Program-made: the position numbers and the translations under genes
Shown here: positions 29,836 to 40,600 of the stretch, piece after piece
Layout: each line of letters opens with the position of its first letter
Position numbering within the stretch: the stretch's first letter is position 1
Notes under the pieces: model-generated
Told to the model about the DNA's origin: nothing
Seen by the model: only the letters and a program-made list of their open reading frames with translations
Databases searched by the model: none
Assembly: GCA_964626665.1 (NCBI GenBank)
Contig: CAZVGK010000008.1
Location: forward strand, 31,779 to 95,778
Direction of reading: 5' to 3'
Length of the DNA: 64,000 nt
Source: an uncultured Gemmatimonadota bacterium
GTDB lineage: Bacteria; SM23-81; DAOVCL01

Positions 29836-31260
29836 ATGAGAAAAAGGCTGTATATTATCCTCGGTGGCGTTGTCGCCATCGTAGTGGGATTTGTCATCTA
29901 TAGCTCCATCTGGAAAAATGGCAATAACCAGGAGCAACCGTTTAGAATCGCAGTGGTTAAGAAGGGCAGCATAGTTGTTAAAGTAACTGAAAGTGGTACA
30001 GTAGAGCCCTTAACCACCGTTGATATAAAGTCAGATTTTGCAGGAGAAGTAAAGAAGCTTTTTATAGAAGAAGGAGACAGCGTCAAAGCAGGTGACAAGC
30101 TGGTATTGGTGCAACAAGAGTCATCAGAGGCCCTTTCGGTAGCTTCGGCAAAGGCATCGCTTGAGCGCGCAAAACTCGATTTGGAGGACATGAAAAGGAA
30201 TTTGGAACGTAAACAGGAATTGTATCAGAAAGGATTTATTGCCAAAAAGGATGTTGAGGATGCAGAGAAAGCATATGAAAATAGTAAAATCGGGTATGAA
30301 CTGGCAGAGAAGCAGCTTTGGTTGCGTTTGGGAGGAGCTGAACCCACAAAAGCGCAAAGTCTTGCCTCAAAGACTTTTGAAAACATAATCATTAAGTCAC
30401 CCACCTCAGGAGTAGTCATTAGTCTAAACGTTGAAGAAGGTGAGATGATTACTTCAGGAACTCGATCCTTAGGTGGCGGTGGTACCACTCTTATGACCAT
30501 AGGTGATTTGAGCAAGATGATCGTGAAGGCTGACATAAACGAAGTAGATGTCAGTAAAGTAAAGTTAGGACAGCCTGTAAATATCGGATTTGATGCTATA
30601 AGAGGTAGAGTGTACCACGGTGTAGTGAAAAAGATAGCACCAGCAGGGATCATTGAGCAAAATATTGTTGTTTATCCAGTCGAGGTAGAAATCCTGGGTT
30701 CTGTAGCGGGGGAGAGCGAAGGACCGCAGGCCGAAGGTTTTTCAGGTGATCTTAGAAAACAGGCCTTTGCCCAATTAACTGAAGAACAGCGTAATGCTAT
30801 GCGTAAGGAGATGCAAAACCTGTTCCAACGGGGGGCAAGTCGTGAGGAGATCCAAAATGCAATGCAGAGAAAATTGAGGGAGTTCGGGGTGACGCCACCA
30901 GAGAGCCCACCAAGATCTGCCTCCCAATTTAGGCAGCCAACTGAGGTAGAGGGAACTGGTATCGGATTGATCAAACCCGGTATGACGGCAGACTTGGATA
31001 TTATAACTGGTAGGGCTGAGGGTGTGTTGTGGGTGCCAAAGGAGGCAGTCACAAAGAGAGGCACCAGCACAATGGTGATGTTGATAAAGGATGGAAAGCC
31101 AGTTCCTCAACCAGTAGTAACAGGACTTGAGGACGATGTGAAAGTTGAGATCAAAGAGGGGGTGAAGGAAGGTGATGAAGTTCTTATTACAGGAGTCGAA
31201 CGTCAAATACTGGAAGGGTCGGAGAGAGTTAGAAGCGGAGGCCCCCCAATGCATAGGTGA
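29836..31260 (+). CDS. MacA/HlyD-type periplasmic adaptor with an inserted helical module
   Basis: N-terminal TM; GEVKKLFIEEGD, IKSPTSG, KPGMTA; insert QLTEEQRNAMRKEMQ...GASREEIQ. Confidence 0.9.
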   Translation: MRKRLYIILGGVVAIVVGFVIYSSIWKNGNNQEQPFRIAVVKKGSIVVKVTESGTVEPLTTVDIKSDFAGEVKKLFIEEGDSVKAGDKLVLVQQESSEALSVASAKASLERAKLDLEDMKRNLERKQELYQKGFIAKKDVEDAEKAYENSKIGYELAEKQLWLRLGGAEPTKAQSLASKTFENIIIKSPTSGVVISLNVEEGEMITSGTRSLGGGGTTLMTIGDLSKMIVKADINEVDVSKVKLGQPVNIGFDAIRGRVYHGVVKKIAPAGIIEQNIVVYPVEVEILGSVAGESEGPQAEGFSGDLRKQAFAQLTEEQRNAMRKEMQNLFQRGASREEIQNAMQRKLREFGVTPPESPPRSASQFRQPTEVEGTGIGLIKPGMTADLDIITGRAEGVLWVPKEAVTKRGTSTMVMLIKDGKPVPQPVVTGLEDDVKVEIKEGVKEGDEVLITGVERQILEGSERVRSGGPPMHR

Positions 31261-33260
31261 GTGAAACTATGGCTACGCTGATAAAAGCACATAACTTAAC
31301 TAAAGCCTACGGCATAGGGAAAGTTGAAGTCCGGGCATTAAGAGGGCTCTCATTAGAAATTGATAGGGGTGAATTCGTATCTATCATGGGACCCTCCGGA
31401 TCGGGCAAAACCACCTTAATGGACATATTGGGATGTCTGTCCAAACCCACATCCGGAACCTACTACTTGAATGACCAAGCCACCAATGAGCTCAGTGATA
31501 ACTATCTATCGGAAATCCGCAATGAACAGCTGGGGTTTGTCTTCCAGACATTCAACCTCTTGCCCCGGTCAACGGCACTGGTTAATGTCGAGCTCCCCTT
31601 GCTTTATGCCGGGATAGGTGAGAAGGAGCGAAAGAGGAAAGCACGGGAAGCACTGGAGGCTGTGGGCCTCAAGGGGCGCGCGCATCACTATCCCAACGAG
31701 CTTTCCGGTGGTGAGCAGCAGCGGGTGGCCATTGCCAGGGCACTGGTAAACAGCCCGTCCATAATACTTGCTGATGAGCCGACGGGTAATTTGGATTCAC
31801 AATCTGGTGAAGAGGTTATGTTAGTTTTCAAAAGGATGCATGAACAAGGCAAGACCATCATTATAGTAACTCATGATCCAGAGGTTGCAAAATGCGCAGA
31901 TAGAATAATACAAGTAAAAGATGGGCAGATCAAGCAAGAAGAAGTTCGAAGAAAAACGGTAGAACATACGATGGGCGCCTTGGATAAGGTTAATAAAGGA
32001 ACCAGCCTCATAGGAAGCTTTGTATCCGGGTTCGCCTCTGGATATAAAGGGCTTTCATCCAACAAACTACGCTCCTCTCTCACAGTGTTGGGTATCGTTA
32101 TCGGTGTGGCCGCCGTCATTGGTATGTTAGGAGTAGGCGAAGGTGCAAAGCGTCAAATTACATTACAAATAGAGAAATTGGGATCAAATGTTTTAATGGT
32201 CCATCCCAGACGCCCAGAAAGCAAAGAGGAGGCTTTAGAGTGGAGAGGAAGATCTAAAGGACTTACCCATGAAGATGCAATTGCTGTTAAGGAGAAGATT
32301 TCGGCGGTAAATGCGGTGGCCCCTCAAATTAGAACCCACGAGAGAATCAGGTATCTTGATAAGTATTGGGATACACGACTTTTGGGAACCTCTCCATCCT
32401 ATCAGACCATAAGGAATCTGGAAATGGATGAGGGAAGATTCTTTGACCAAGAGGAACTTGATTCATGGGCAAAGGTTTGTGTAATTGGAAAGACAGTTAA
32501 GGAAGAGCTATTTGGCAACGAGCATCCTGTTGGTAAAGATATCAAGGTAAGGGACGAAAGATTTACAGTCATTGGCATTCTAAAAGAGAAAGGACGGGTA
32601 GGTTGGGAGGATTTCGATGACCAGATACTTATACCATTCACTACGGCCCAAAAGAGGTTTACCGGAGATGACAATGTGCAGACAATTTTTGTGCAAGCCA
32701 AAAGCTCTGAAGTTACAGGTGGTACTAGCAGGGAAGTGGAAGCATTGCTCACTCAGAGGCATAACCAAGTGGTGGATTTTAGAGTAAGAAGTCAAGAGGA
32801 ATTTCGTCAGACCATAGAACAAACTGCAAGTACATTCAAGCTTATGCTGGCAGGTATTGCGGCAATATCGTTAATTGTTGGTGGTATTGGAATAATGAAC
32901 ATAATGTTGGTTTCGGTAACGGAAAGGACGAGAGAGATTGGCATAAGAAAGGCGGTAGGAGCAAAACGAGGAGATATATTGGTGCAATTCTTGATAGAGT
33001 CGATGGTGCTTGCCTTTGCTGGTGGAGTAATTGGCATACTTTTGGGCACGGGTTTTGCTAATACAATAGGGAATATGATGGTTGGGGCAGGTACATTTGG
33101 TCCTAGACGCCTCTTTGGTGGCGGTGGCCAATCAGTTATTACCTTGAGCTCAGTACTGCTTGCCTTCTTTTTTGCTGTAGGTGTAGGTATTTTCTTTGGT
33201 ATGTATCCAGCCAACAAGGCATCAAAGCTGGACCCTGTGGAGGCACTAAGATATGAGTAA
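31257..33260 (+). CDS. MacB-type fused ABC ATPase-permease
   Basis: [26 protein letters not shown], then [13 protein letters not shown]...[21 protein letters not shown]...[10 protein letters not shown]. Confidence 0.93.
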   Translation: MSETMATLIKAHNLTKAYGIGKVEVRALRGLSLEIDRGEFVSIMGPSGSGKTTLMDILGCLSKPTSGTYYLNDQATNELSDNYLSEIRNEQLGFVFQTFNLLPRSTALVNVELPLLYAGIGEKERKRKAREALEAVGLKGRAHHYPNELSGGEQQRVAIARALVNSPSIILADEPTGNLDSQSGEEVMLVFKRMHEQGKTIIIVTHDPEVAKCADRIIQVKDGQIKQEEVRRKTVEHTMGALDKVNKGTSLIGSFVSGFASGYKGLSSNKLRSSLTVLGIVIGVAAVIGMLGVGEGAKRQITLQIEKLGSNVLMVHPRRPESKEEALEWRGRSKGLTHEDAIAVKEKISAVNAVAPQIRTHERIRYLDKYWDTRLLGTSPSYQTIRNLEMDEGRFFDQEELDSWAKVCVIGKTVKEELFGNEHPVGKDIKVRDERFTVIGILKEKGRVGWEDFDDQILIPFTTAQKRFTGDDNVQTIFVQAKSSEVTGGTSREVEALLTQRHNQVVDFRVRSQEEFRQTIEQTASTFKLMLAGIAAISLIVGGIGIMNIMLVSVTERTREIGIRKAVGAKRGDILVQFLIESMVLAFAGGVIGILLGTGFANTIGNMMVGAGTFGPRRLFGGGGQSVITLSSVLLAFFFAVGVGIFFGMYPANKASKLDPVEALRYE

Positions 33261-33382
33261 AGGCAGGTAGTTGGGGATAGCTTAAGGCACTCCTCGCCAC
33301 AGGCCTTATCCCAGGCCAGTGAAGAGGAGGAACGACCGAGATGCCGCAGGTTTCGCCCTGCGGCATTTTTCATTGACTGGCC

Positions 33383-33575
33383 TAGCCCGAATTGTTCACA
33401 AACTGATAGCCAATTGGTACAATTTTTTCAGACTTAAAAATTTATGTATTTGTCTTGTAGGGACGGACATTTGTGTCTGTCCGTTTCCCTCGGACAGGGC
33501 TAAAGCCCTATGCCTACGACATAAAACCTCTGATAATTGGGGATCTCCCCCATACTTTATGAGTAGATCGGTTCA
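33383..33575. mobile_element. MITE-like element, family A, copy 2 (REP doublet 33457-33517)
   Basis: TAGCCCGAATTGTTCACAAA ... TTTATGAGTAGATCGGTTCA; interior is the reverse orientation of copy 1. Confidence 0.7.
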
Positions 33576-33942
33576 GGCCGCATTATTTACAAGAACTCAT
33601 CTATCCTGAACTATTCATCCCAAAGACCAGGTGGCAGAACCTAAATTCTGCCACCCTCCCCTGTGCCGTCAGGTAAGGGCACTTGATAGCCGGCTGGGGG
33701 CGGTTAGATGAGGACATCTGACCGCTCAATCATTGGCGGCTCGGAGAAAGATTCCAGAGATTGTAATTTGTGTAGGGTTCCTGTAGCCTTAAAAAAGAAA
33801 AAAGGGTTGACTTTGAGGGGGTGAAGGACGATATTACTCCCTTCAGACAGGTTGTCATCTGGATCTCTCCCACAAATGGCAATTGACCGTCTAAAGGAGG
33901 TTATCGTAGCCGTTAGGTCTGATGAGCGAAAGGTGATAGGGG

Positions 33943-34452
33943 ATGGGTAAAGTGGTTGGTTGGAAAGAACTCATCGGGTTGCGGAAGGAATGGGGGAAGA
34001 GGAAGGTGGTCTTCACCAATGGCTGCTTTGACCTCCTGCATATAGGCCATATTCATTGTTTGAAGGAGGCAAAAAAGTTGGGTGATCTTCTCATCGTTGG
34101 GTTAAACAGTGACTCATCGGTGAGGAAAATCAAGGGAGAGAAGAGGCCAGTAATTCCCCAAGAGGAGAGGGCGACTATTCTCTCTTCCCTGGAGATGGTG
34201 GATTATGTCTGTATCTTTGATGAGGACACCCCATATCACATCATCTCCCTTCTCCAGCCCGATTATATCGTTAAGGGGGGGGATTGGGAGCCGGAAGAGG
34301 TGGTGGGAAAGGAGATAGTTGAGGGAAGAGGAGGAAAAGTGGTCACCGTGGAGGTTGTCGAGGGAAGGAGCACCCAGGGCCTGATCCAGATGATTTTAAA
34401 GAGGTATTGTTCGGAGGGGGAGAAAAATCCGAAAAGTTCCCTTGACAGGTGA
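33943..34452 (+). CDS. rfaE2: D-glycero-beta-D-manno-heptose 1-phosphate adenylyltransferase (HldE domain II)
   Basis: VFTNGCFDLLHIGH, GLNSDSSV, KGGDW. Confidence 0.9.
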   Translation: MGKVVGWKELIGLRKEWGKRKVVFTNGCFDLLHIGHIHCLKEAKKLGDLLIVGLNSDSSVRKIKGEKRPVIPQEERATILSSLEMVDYVCIFDEDTPYHIISLLQPDYIVKGGDWEPEEVVGKEIVEGRGGKVVTVEVVEGRSTQGLIQMILKRYCSEGEKNPKSSLDR

Positions 34453-34575
34453 GAGCCGTTTTGCTATTATGGCTTAGGAGGACTTTCCAATGGGGCCAGG
34501 GAAGCTCCCCAGTTAAGTCAAGGAAAATTAAGCTATTACAAAACTATTTGCCCCTCACAAAAGAGGAGGACGATT

Positions 34576-35856
34576 CTGGCAAGCTCAGATTTAAGTGACG
34601 GGTTCCAGGTCTTTGCCAAACTGGCTGGCAAGCTTTTGGCCGAAGGTGAGGTGGACAAAGCCATCTCCATCTGTAAGAAAGGGCTTGCGGTATATCCCCA
34701 CTACGAAGAGGCCGAACTCATCTTGGGAGAGGCCTATTTGACCAAGGGGATTTGGGCTGAAGCCAAGGGGATTTTAACCAGGGTCTTAGAGCTGGACCAG
34801 CAGAACCTGCGGGCACTCCGGGGGCTACTGGAGATAGCTCAAAGGGAAGAGGATGTAGGTAGGGCCACACAGCTTGCCGAACTAATCCTGCAGATAGATC
34901 CTTCCAACAGAAAAGCCACAAGCTTTTTGCAAGAGCATGAAAGGAAGCAGGCCCCCGCGGAGGAAGGGCCGCTAATCGAACCCCCGGAGGCCACCCCTTT
35001 GGCACCTTCTGAGGAGGAGGAAAAGGCAACAGTAGAGGCTGAGGAGGGGCCAACCATAGAGCTTCCTCAGGTAGAGGAATCTAAGGAGGAAATTACCCCA
35101 AAAAAAGGGGAAGCTCCCTCAGAGGCACCGCCCCAACCCGAGTTTGTTGAGGAGGCGCCCCCTGAAGTTCCTCAAATAGAGGAAACCAAGGCGGAGAGGG
35201 AGGAGGCAACCTTAGAGGAAGGTGAGGTACCTTTGGAAACCCCGTCCGAGGAGGAGGTAGCGGAGGCGAAAGGAGGGGCGGAGGAACAGCCGACCACAGA
35301 ACCATCAGAAGCACCTTTTATAGAGGAGCCAGAAGAGTTCCCCTCGATGGAGGGAGAAACCGGGGAGCCCCCCCCTGAGATGGTTGCCGAAGAGGAGAAG
35401 AAAATTGAAGAAGAACCAACCCCCCAGCCCCCAGAGCCTCCCCCCATAGAGGAACCCATAGCAGGGAAGGAGCCTTTAGCGGAGACAGAGGAGGCTAAAC
35501 CAGAAGGGGAGCCAGCCGAGAACCCACCACCAGAGATAACTACCCCCCAAGAGGAGAGGGAACCCCACTGGGAGGAAAAGGAACCCCCCCCAAAAAAGAA
35601 GGAGGAAGGAATACCAGCAAAGACTGGGGAGGAGCTCTCCGCCTTGGGACTGGAGGAGGGTATCGAGAGGTTGGAGAGCGAGTTTGCCGGAATAGAAACC
35701 CCCACCTTGGCCGAGATCTACCGGAAACAGGGCCTATGGGAGAAGGCCCTGGAGGTTTATACCAGGCTTTTGGAGAAGGAGCCGGAGAACGAAGAGTATA
35801 AGGCCAAGATCGAGGAGATAAAAGAAGAGATGGACGAGGGTAAAGATGTGGGCTAA
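34576..35856 (+). CDS. TPR protein with a long acidic Glu/Pro-rich linker; probable CTG start (track starts at 34636)
   Basis: TPR-like N-terminus and C-terminal TPTLAEIYRKQG; AGGAGG 6 nt before in-frame CTG; TTGACA-17bp-TATTAT at 34442-34470. Confidence 0.7.
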   Translation: MASSDLSDGFQVFAKLAGKLLAEGEVDKAISICKKGLAVYPHYEEAELILGEAYLTKGIWAEAKGILTRVLELDQQNLRALRGLLEIAQREEDVGRATQLAELILQIDPSNRKATSFLQEHERKQAPAEEGPLIEPPEATPLAPSEEEEKATVEAEEGPTIELPQVEESKEEITPKKGEAPSEAPPQPEFVEEAPPEVPQIEETKAEREEATLEEGEVPLETPSEEEVAEAKGGAEEQPTTEPSEAPFIEEPEEFPSMEGETGEPPPEMVAEEEKKIEEEPTPQPPEPPPIEEPIAGKEPLAETEEAKPEGEPAENPPPEITTPQEEREPHWEEKEPPPKKKEEGIPAKTGEELSALGLEEGIERLESEFAGIETPTLAEIYRKQGLWEKALEVYTRLLEKEPENEEYKAKIEEIKEEMDEGKDVG

Positions 35857-36910
35857 AAGGTTAAAAAGGCTGTTAGACTCCCTAAGCAAAGTCGATGGAT
35901 TCCTGATAACTTCCCTTCCCAACATCTTCTGGCTGACCGGTTTCTCCGGCTCAGCGGGAGTGGCCTTGGTCACCTCTCAGCGGAGGATCTTCATCACCGA
36001 TTTCCGTTACCAGGAGCAGTCGGCCGCAGAGGTGAAGGGATGGGAGATCGTTATCGCCAAGAAGAGGCTCTTCGATGAACTCCCCCCACTGGGGCTCTTC
36101 TCCGATGGGTTTAAGCTGGGCTTTGAGCCGGACCATCTTACCTATGAGGAATACCAAAGGCTGCGGGAGGTCCTTCCCCAAGCTGAGTTGGTTCCTATTA
36201 AGGGAAAGGTGGAGTGCTTGAGAACCGTGAAGGATGAGGGGGAAATCCAGCTAATGAGGGAGACGGCAAAGATAGCTGATGAGGCCTTCTCCGAGATTTT
36301 AGGCTTAATCCACCCAGGGGTAAAAGAGATCGAGCTGGCTACGGAGCTTGATTACCGGATGAAAAAGAAGGGAGCGGCAAAGACCTCATTTGAGACAATT
36401 GTGGCCTCGGGTTGGCGGGCCGCCCTGCCCCACGGTCTCCCCACAGAGAAGGAGATAAAAGAAGGGGAGATGGTGATAATCGACTTTGGAGCCAACTACC
36501 GGGGATACTGTTCAGATTGCACCAGAACGGTCTTTTTAGGGAAACCCGAGGAAAAACAAAGGGAGATATATGAATTGGTGCGTCGCGCCCAGAAGGCCGG
36601 GTTAGAGGGGGCCAAGGTCGGGGTTAAGACCTCTGAACTGGACGGAATCTCCCGCCAAATCATCGATGATGCAGGGTATGGCCCCAATTTTGGCCACTCC
36701 TTAGGACATGGGGTGGGCACCTTGGTTCACGAGGAACCCCGGGTCTCCGCCCTCAGCGCAGAGGTCCTCCAGGAGGGGATGGTGGTGACAATTGAGCCAG
36801 GGGTCTACCTTCCAGATTGGGGAGGGGTAAGGATTGAGGATATGGTGGTGATTAGAAAGGACGGGGCTGAGCTCTTGACAGGTTTAACCAAAGACCTTGT
36901 TCAACTATAA
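35846..36910 (+). CDS. Xaa-Pro aminopeptidase/dipeptidase (M24)
   Basis: ALPHG, IDFG...YCSDCTRT, GHSLGHGVG, TIEPGVY, GVRIED. Confidence 0.92.
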   Translation: MWAKRLKRLLDSLSKVDGFLITSLPNIFWLTGFSGSAGVALVTSQRRIFITDFRYQEQSAAEVKGWEIVIAKKRLFDELPPLGLFSDGFKLGFEPDHLTYEEYQRLREVLPQAELVPIKGKVECLRTVKDEGEIQLMRETAKIADEAFSEILGLIHPGVKEIELATELDYRMKKKGAAKTSFETIVASGWRAALPHGLPTEKEIKEGEMVIIDFGANYRGYCSDCTRTVFLGKPEEKQREIYELVRRAQKAGLEGAKVGVKTSELDGISRQIIDDAGYGPNFGHSLGHGVGTLVHEEPRVSALSAEVLQEGMVVTIEPGVYLPDWGGVRIEDMVVIRKDGAELLTGLTKDLVQL

Positions 36911-36919
36911 GAGTGAGTG

Positions 36920-37477
36920 ATGGCCACTACCGCTGATTTTAGAAATGGGATGGTCATTAATTTAAAGGGCAATCTCTACGCCATCGTGGAGTTCCTCCAT
37001 GTGAAACCGGGTAAGGGAGGGGCTTTTGTGCGCACAAAGTTAAAGAGGCTCTCCGACGGAAGCGTCTTGGAGAGGACCTTCCGGGCCGGGGAAAGGGTAC
37101 AGGAGGCCAGGGTGGAAAAGAGGCAGATGCAATATCTCTATCAGGCTGAGGACCTCTACTACTTTATGGACAGCACCACTTACGAACAGATGCCTATCGC
37201 CAGTTCCGTTTTAGGAGAGGAGAAGGCCTTCCTCAAGGAAGGGTCTGAGGTTGCCGTCTTAACCCATACGGGAGAGGCCATTGGGGTGGAACTTCCCATA
37301 TTTGTGGCACTTGAAGTTGTGGAGACCGAACCCGGGCTGAAGGGCGATACCGTCTCTGGCGGCTCCAAACCGGCGAAGTTGGAGACCGGAGCCATCATCC
37401 AGGTCCCCCTCTTTGTGCAGAAGGGCGATAGGGTAAAGGTCGATACCAGAGGGGGAAATTATATAGAGAGGGTCTAA
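36920..37477 (+). CDS. efp: Elongation factor P
   Basis: [27 protein letters not shown]. Confidence 0.97.
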   Translation: MATTADFRNGMVINLKGNLYAIVEFLHVKPGKGGAFVRTKLKRLSDGSVLERTFRAGERVQEARVEKRQMQYLYQAEDLYYFMDSTTYEQMPIASSVLGEEKAFLKEGSEVAVLTHTGEAIGVELPIFVALEVVETEPGLKGDTVSGGSKPAKLETGAIIQVPLFVQKGDRVKVDTRGGNYIERV

Positions 37478-37478
37478 G

Positions 37479-37943
37479 ATGCGAGAGTCCAAGTTGAAAA
37501 AATTGGTCAAATTGGTGGAAGAAAGCAACATCGATGAACTGGAGCTCTCCAGGTGGGGAGCAAAGGTGAGAATCATCAGGCGCAGGACAAGCCAGGAGAT
37601 GGTTGCCCCTGTTGCCGCCGGGGAAGAGCACAGCTCCCCCCAGGTGGTGGAGACAACCGGCCCAGAGGAACCCAAGCCACAGGAGGAACCCCCCAAAAAT
37701 CATTACGAGATAAAATCCCCCATAGTGGGGACATTCTATCGCGCCCCCGCGCCCGATACCGACCCCTATGTGCAGGAGGGGCAATTCGTGAAGAAAGGGG
37801 ATGTTGTCTGTCTCGTGGAGGCAATGAAATTAATGAACGAGATCGAATCCGAGGTCTCTGGGCAGTTGGTTAAGGCTCTGGTGGATAATGCCCATCCGGT
37901 GGAGTATGACCAACCCCTCTTCTTGGTGGAGTTGGCCACCTAA
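37479..37943 (+). CDS. accB: Acetyl-CoA carboxylase biotin carboxyl carrier protein
   Basis: [21 protein letters not shown]. Confidence 0.96.
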   Translation: MRESKLKKLVKLVEESNIDELELSRWGAKVRIIRRRTSQEMVAPVAAGEEHSSPQVVETTGPEEPKPQEEPPKNHYEIKSPIVGTFYRAPAPDTDPYVQEGQFVKKGDVVCLVEAMKLMNEIESEVSGQLVKALVDNAHPVEYDQPLFLVELAT

Positions 37944-37957
37944 ACCCAGGGGGATCT

Positions 37958-39085
37958 ATGGATCTAAGGGAGCTGCTCCGGGAGATGTTGGAGAAGGAAG
38001 CCTCTGATTTACACCTGAGGGTAGGGACGCCTCCCTTCTTCCGCATAGATGGCCGACTTTCAGCTAAGAATGTCCCTCCCATTGGCCTCGATGAGATGAA
38101 GGAGATGATCAGCCAGGGATTGAGCCAGGAACAGAGGGAGATCTTTAACAAGAAGAGGGAACTCGATTTGGCCTTAAGTGTATCCAAGTTGGGTCGCTTC
38201 CGGGTCAACCTCTATTACCAACGGGGAACCCCGGGTATGGCCATCAGGGCAGTGAAGCTAACCATCCCCAATTTTGAGGAGCTCAACCTCCCGCAGGTGG
38301 TCAAGAAATTGGCCGAGGAACGGAGGGGATTGATCCTGATTACCGGAACAACGGGGTCGGGCAAATCCACTACCCTGGCCTCGATGGTGGAGCACATCAA
38401 CCAGACCCGCCGGGCAAACATATTAACCATAGAGGATCCGATAGAATATGTGCATATAAACGAGAAGAGCATTATCTACCAGAGGGAACTGGGGAGCGAT
38501 ACCGACGGCTTTGCCGCAGCCTTGCGGCAGGCCTTTAGGCAGGATCCGGATGTCATCCTCTTGGGGGAGATCAGGGATATAGAGACGATGTCCATCGCCT
38601 TAACCGCCGCGGACACCGGCCACCTGGTCCTCTCCACCCTCCACACCCTGAATGCCATTGAGACCATCAACCGCATTATCTCCTTCTTCCCACCCCATCA
38701 ACACCAGCAGATCAGGCTCCTCCTCTCCGGGGTGCTGAAAACGGTCATCTCCCAAAGGCTGCTCAATATGGCCAATGGCAGGGGCAGGGTGCCCGCGGTG
38801 GAGGTGCTCGTCAGCACGGGTTCAGTCAGGGATTACCTCATCGATCCCCTAAAGACTCCCCAGATCTCCGATCTTATGGAAGAGGGCGGGGTGCAGTATG
38901 GGATGCAGACCTTTGACCAGTCCATTATGAGACTTTATCAGCAGGGACTAATTACCTACGAGGATGCCCTTCTGCACAGCACAAACCCGGATGACTTAGA
39001 GCTCAAGGTCAAGGGGATCACCGGGGCGGCGGACCGGAGGTGGACGGAGTTCCCCAAAGGCGAGGGGAGAAATCCTCCATCATAA
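37958..39085 (+). CDS. PilT/PilU-family type IV pilus retraction ATPase
   Basis: ASDLHL, TGTTGSGKSTTLA, TIEDPIE, RQDPDVILLGEIRD, TGHLVLSTLHT, GMQTFDQ. Confidence 0.92.
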   Translation: MDLRELLREMLEKEASDLHLRVGTPPFFRIDGRLSAKNVPPIGLDEMKEMISQGLSQEQREIFNKKRELDLALSVSKLGRFRVNLYYQRGTPGMAIRAVKLTIPNFEELNLPQVVKKLAEERRGLILITGTTGSGKSTTLASMVEHINQTRRANILTIEDPIEYVHINEKSIIYQRELGSDTDGFAAALRQAFRQDPDVILLGEIRDIETMSIALTAADTGHLVLSTLHTLNAIETINRIISFFPPHQHQQIRLLLSGVLKTVISQRLLNMANGRGRVPAVEVLVSTGSVRDYLIDPLKTPQISDLMEEGGVQYGMQTFDQSIMRLYQQGLITYEDALLHSTNPDDLELKVKGITGAADRRWTEFPKGEGRNPPS

Positions 39086-39094
39086 TAAATATAG

Positions 39095-39230
39095 TCTCTC
39101 TGGGGGCAAGCTCTCCCCTAGGCTCTACTAACCCTCTGGGCGCTCCGCCATCACCCTTAAACCCAGACCTAAGTAGGAAATTCAAACAACCATCACATTT
39201 CGGAATTTCTCAGGGGCTCCGAAATGTTAT
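39095..39230. repeat. Hairpin-ended small element, family C (related to 60529-60696)
   Basis: Shares GGCGCTCCGC, TTCAAACA and terminal hairpin ACATTTCGGA...TCCGAAATGT with the insert in the nucleotidyltransferase gene. Confidence 0.5.
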
Positions 39231-39238
39231 AGGCGAAA

Positions 39239-40600
39239 TTGTTTGCGAAGATATTGATCGCCAACCGAGGAGAGATTGCCCTCAGGGTTATCTATGCCTG
39301 CAAGGAGTTGGGGATAAAGACGGTCGCCGTCTATTCCCAGGCCGATCTCCACAGCCTGCATGTGAGGTTTGCCGACGAGGATGTCTGCATCGGTCCGCCG
39401 CCATCAGACAAGAGCTACCTTGATCCCCGGAGGATAATCAGCGCCGCGGAGGTAACCAATGCGGCTGCCATCCATCCCGGCTATGGATTTCTGGCCGAGA
39501 ACGCCGACTTTGCCGAGATATGTGAATCCTCTGGGATAACCTTTATCGGCCCATCCTCGGAGATGATCAGAAAGATGGGCGACAAGGCCTATGCCAAGGA
39601 GGCAATGAAAAGGGCTGGGGTCCCGGTAATTCCCGGATCGGATGGGGTGGTGGGGGATCTGGAAGAAGCGGTGAAGATAAGCAAGAGGATTGGGTTCCCG
39701 GTTATGGTCAAGGCCAGGTCCGGGGGAGGGGGAAAGGGGATGAGGATAGTGAAGGACGAGTGGGGACTGCGACGGGTATTCGAGCTCACCAGGGCAGAGG
39801 CTCAGGTGGCCTTTGGAGACCCTGAGGTCTACTTAGAGAAGGTCATCGAGAACCCCCGTCATATAGAGATGCAGGTCTTGGGTAATGGGCGGGGCAAGGT
39901 GATCCATTTAGGGGAGAGGGAATGCTCCATTCAGCGAAGACACCAGAAGTTAGTAGAGGAATCCCCCTCGCCCGCGGTGACCTCAAAGTTGCGGAAGAGC
40001 CTGGGAAAAGAGGCGGTGAAAGCCGCCAAGGTAGTGAAATACAAGGGAGCAGGGACGGTGGAGTTCCTGCTTGCCCCGAATGGCAGCTTTTACTTTATGG
40101 AGATGAATACCAGGATCCAGGTGGAGCACCCGGTCACCGAGCAGGTAAGCAAGGTGGACCTGGTTAAGGAACAGATCAGGGTCGCCTCCGATGGGAAATT
40201 GGGCTTCAATCAGGAGGAGATCGTAGTTGAGGGCCATGCCATCGAGTGTAGGATAAACGCTGAGGACCCCGCCAATGGATTTAGGCCCTGCCCAGGGCAG
40301 ATAACCAGTTTTCACATCCCAGGTGGCCCGGGAATCAGGGTGGACACCCATGCCTATGCCCAGTATGTCATCCCCCCCTATTACGATTCCCTTTTAGCCA
40401 AGCTGATCACCTATGGAAGGACAAGGGAGGAGGCCATTCTCAGGATGAGGAGGGCCCTGGAGGAGTTCATAGTTGAGGGGGTAAAGACAACTATCCCCTT
40501 CCACCAAAGGGTCCTGGTGGACCCAGATTTCGTCAGAGGAGAATTTGACACCTCTTTTGTGGAGAGGTTTAATTTGGAGGGTGCTCATGCCAAAGCTTGA
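39239..40600 (+). CDS. accC: Acetyl-CoA carboxylase biotin carboxylase
   Basis: [47 protein letters not shown]. Confidence 0.96.
   Translation: MFAKILIANRGEIALRVIYACKELGIKTVAVYSQADLHSLHVRFADEDVCIGPPPSDKSYLDPRRIISAAEVTNAAAIHPGYGFLAENADFAEICESSGITFIGPSSEMIRKMGDKAYAKEAMKRAGVPVIPGSDGVVGDLEEAVKISKRIGFPVMVKARSGGGGKGMRIVKDEWGLRRVFELTRAEAQVAFGDPEVYLEKVIENPRHIEMQVLGNGRGKVIHLGERECSIQRRHQKLVEESPSPAVTSKLRKSLGKEAVKAAKVVKYKGAGTVEFLLAPNGSFYFMEMNTRIQVEHPVTEQVSKVDLVKEQIRVASDGKLGFNQEEIVVEGHAIECRINAEDPANGFRPCPGQITSFHIPGGPGIRVDTHAYAQYVIPPYYDSLLAKLITYGRTREEAILRMRRALEEFIVEGVKTTIPFHQRVLVDPDFVRGEFDTSFVERFNLEGAHAKA

Noticed and set aside
33790-33900. Possible remnant of an AbiEii-like C-terminus (RVDFEGVKDDITPF)
   Set aside because: Short, no start, resemblance from memory only
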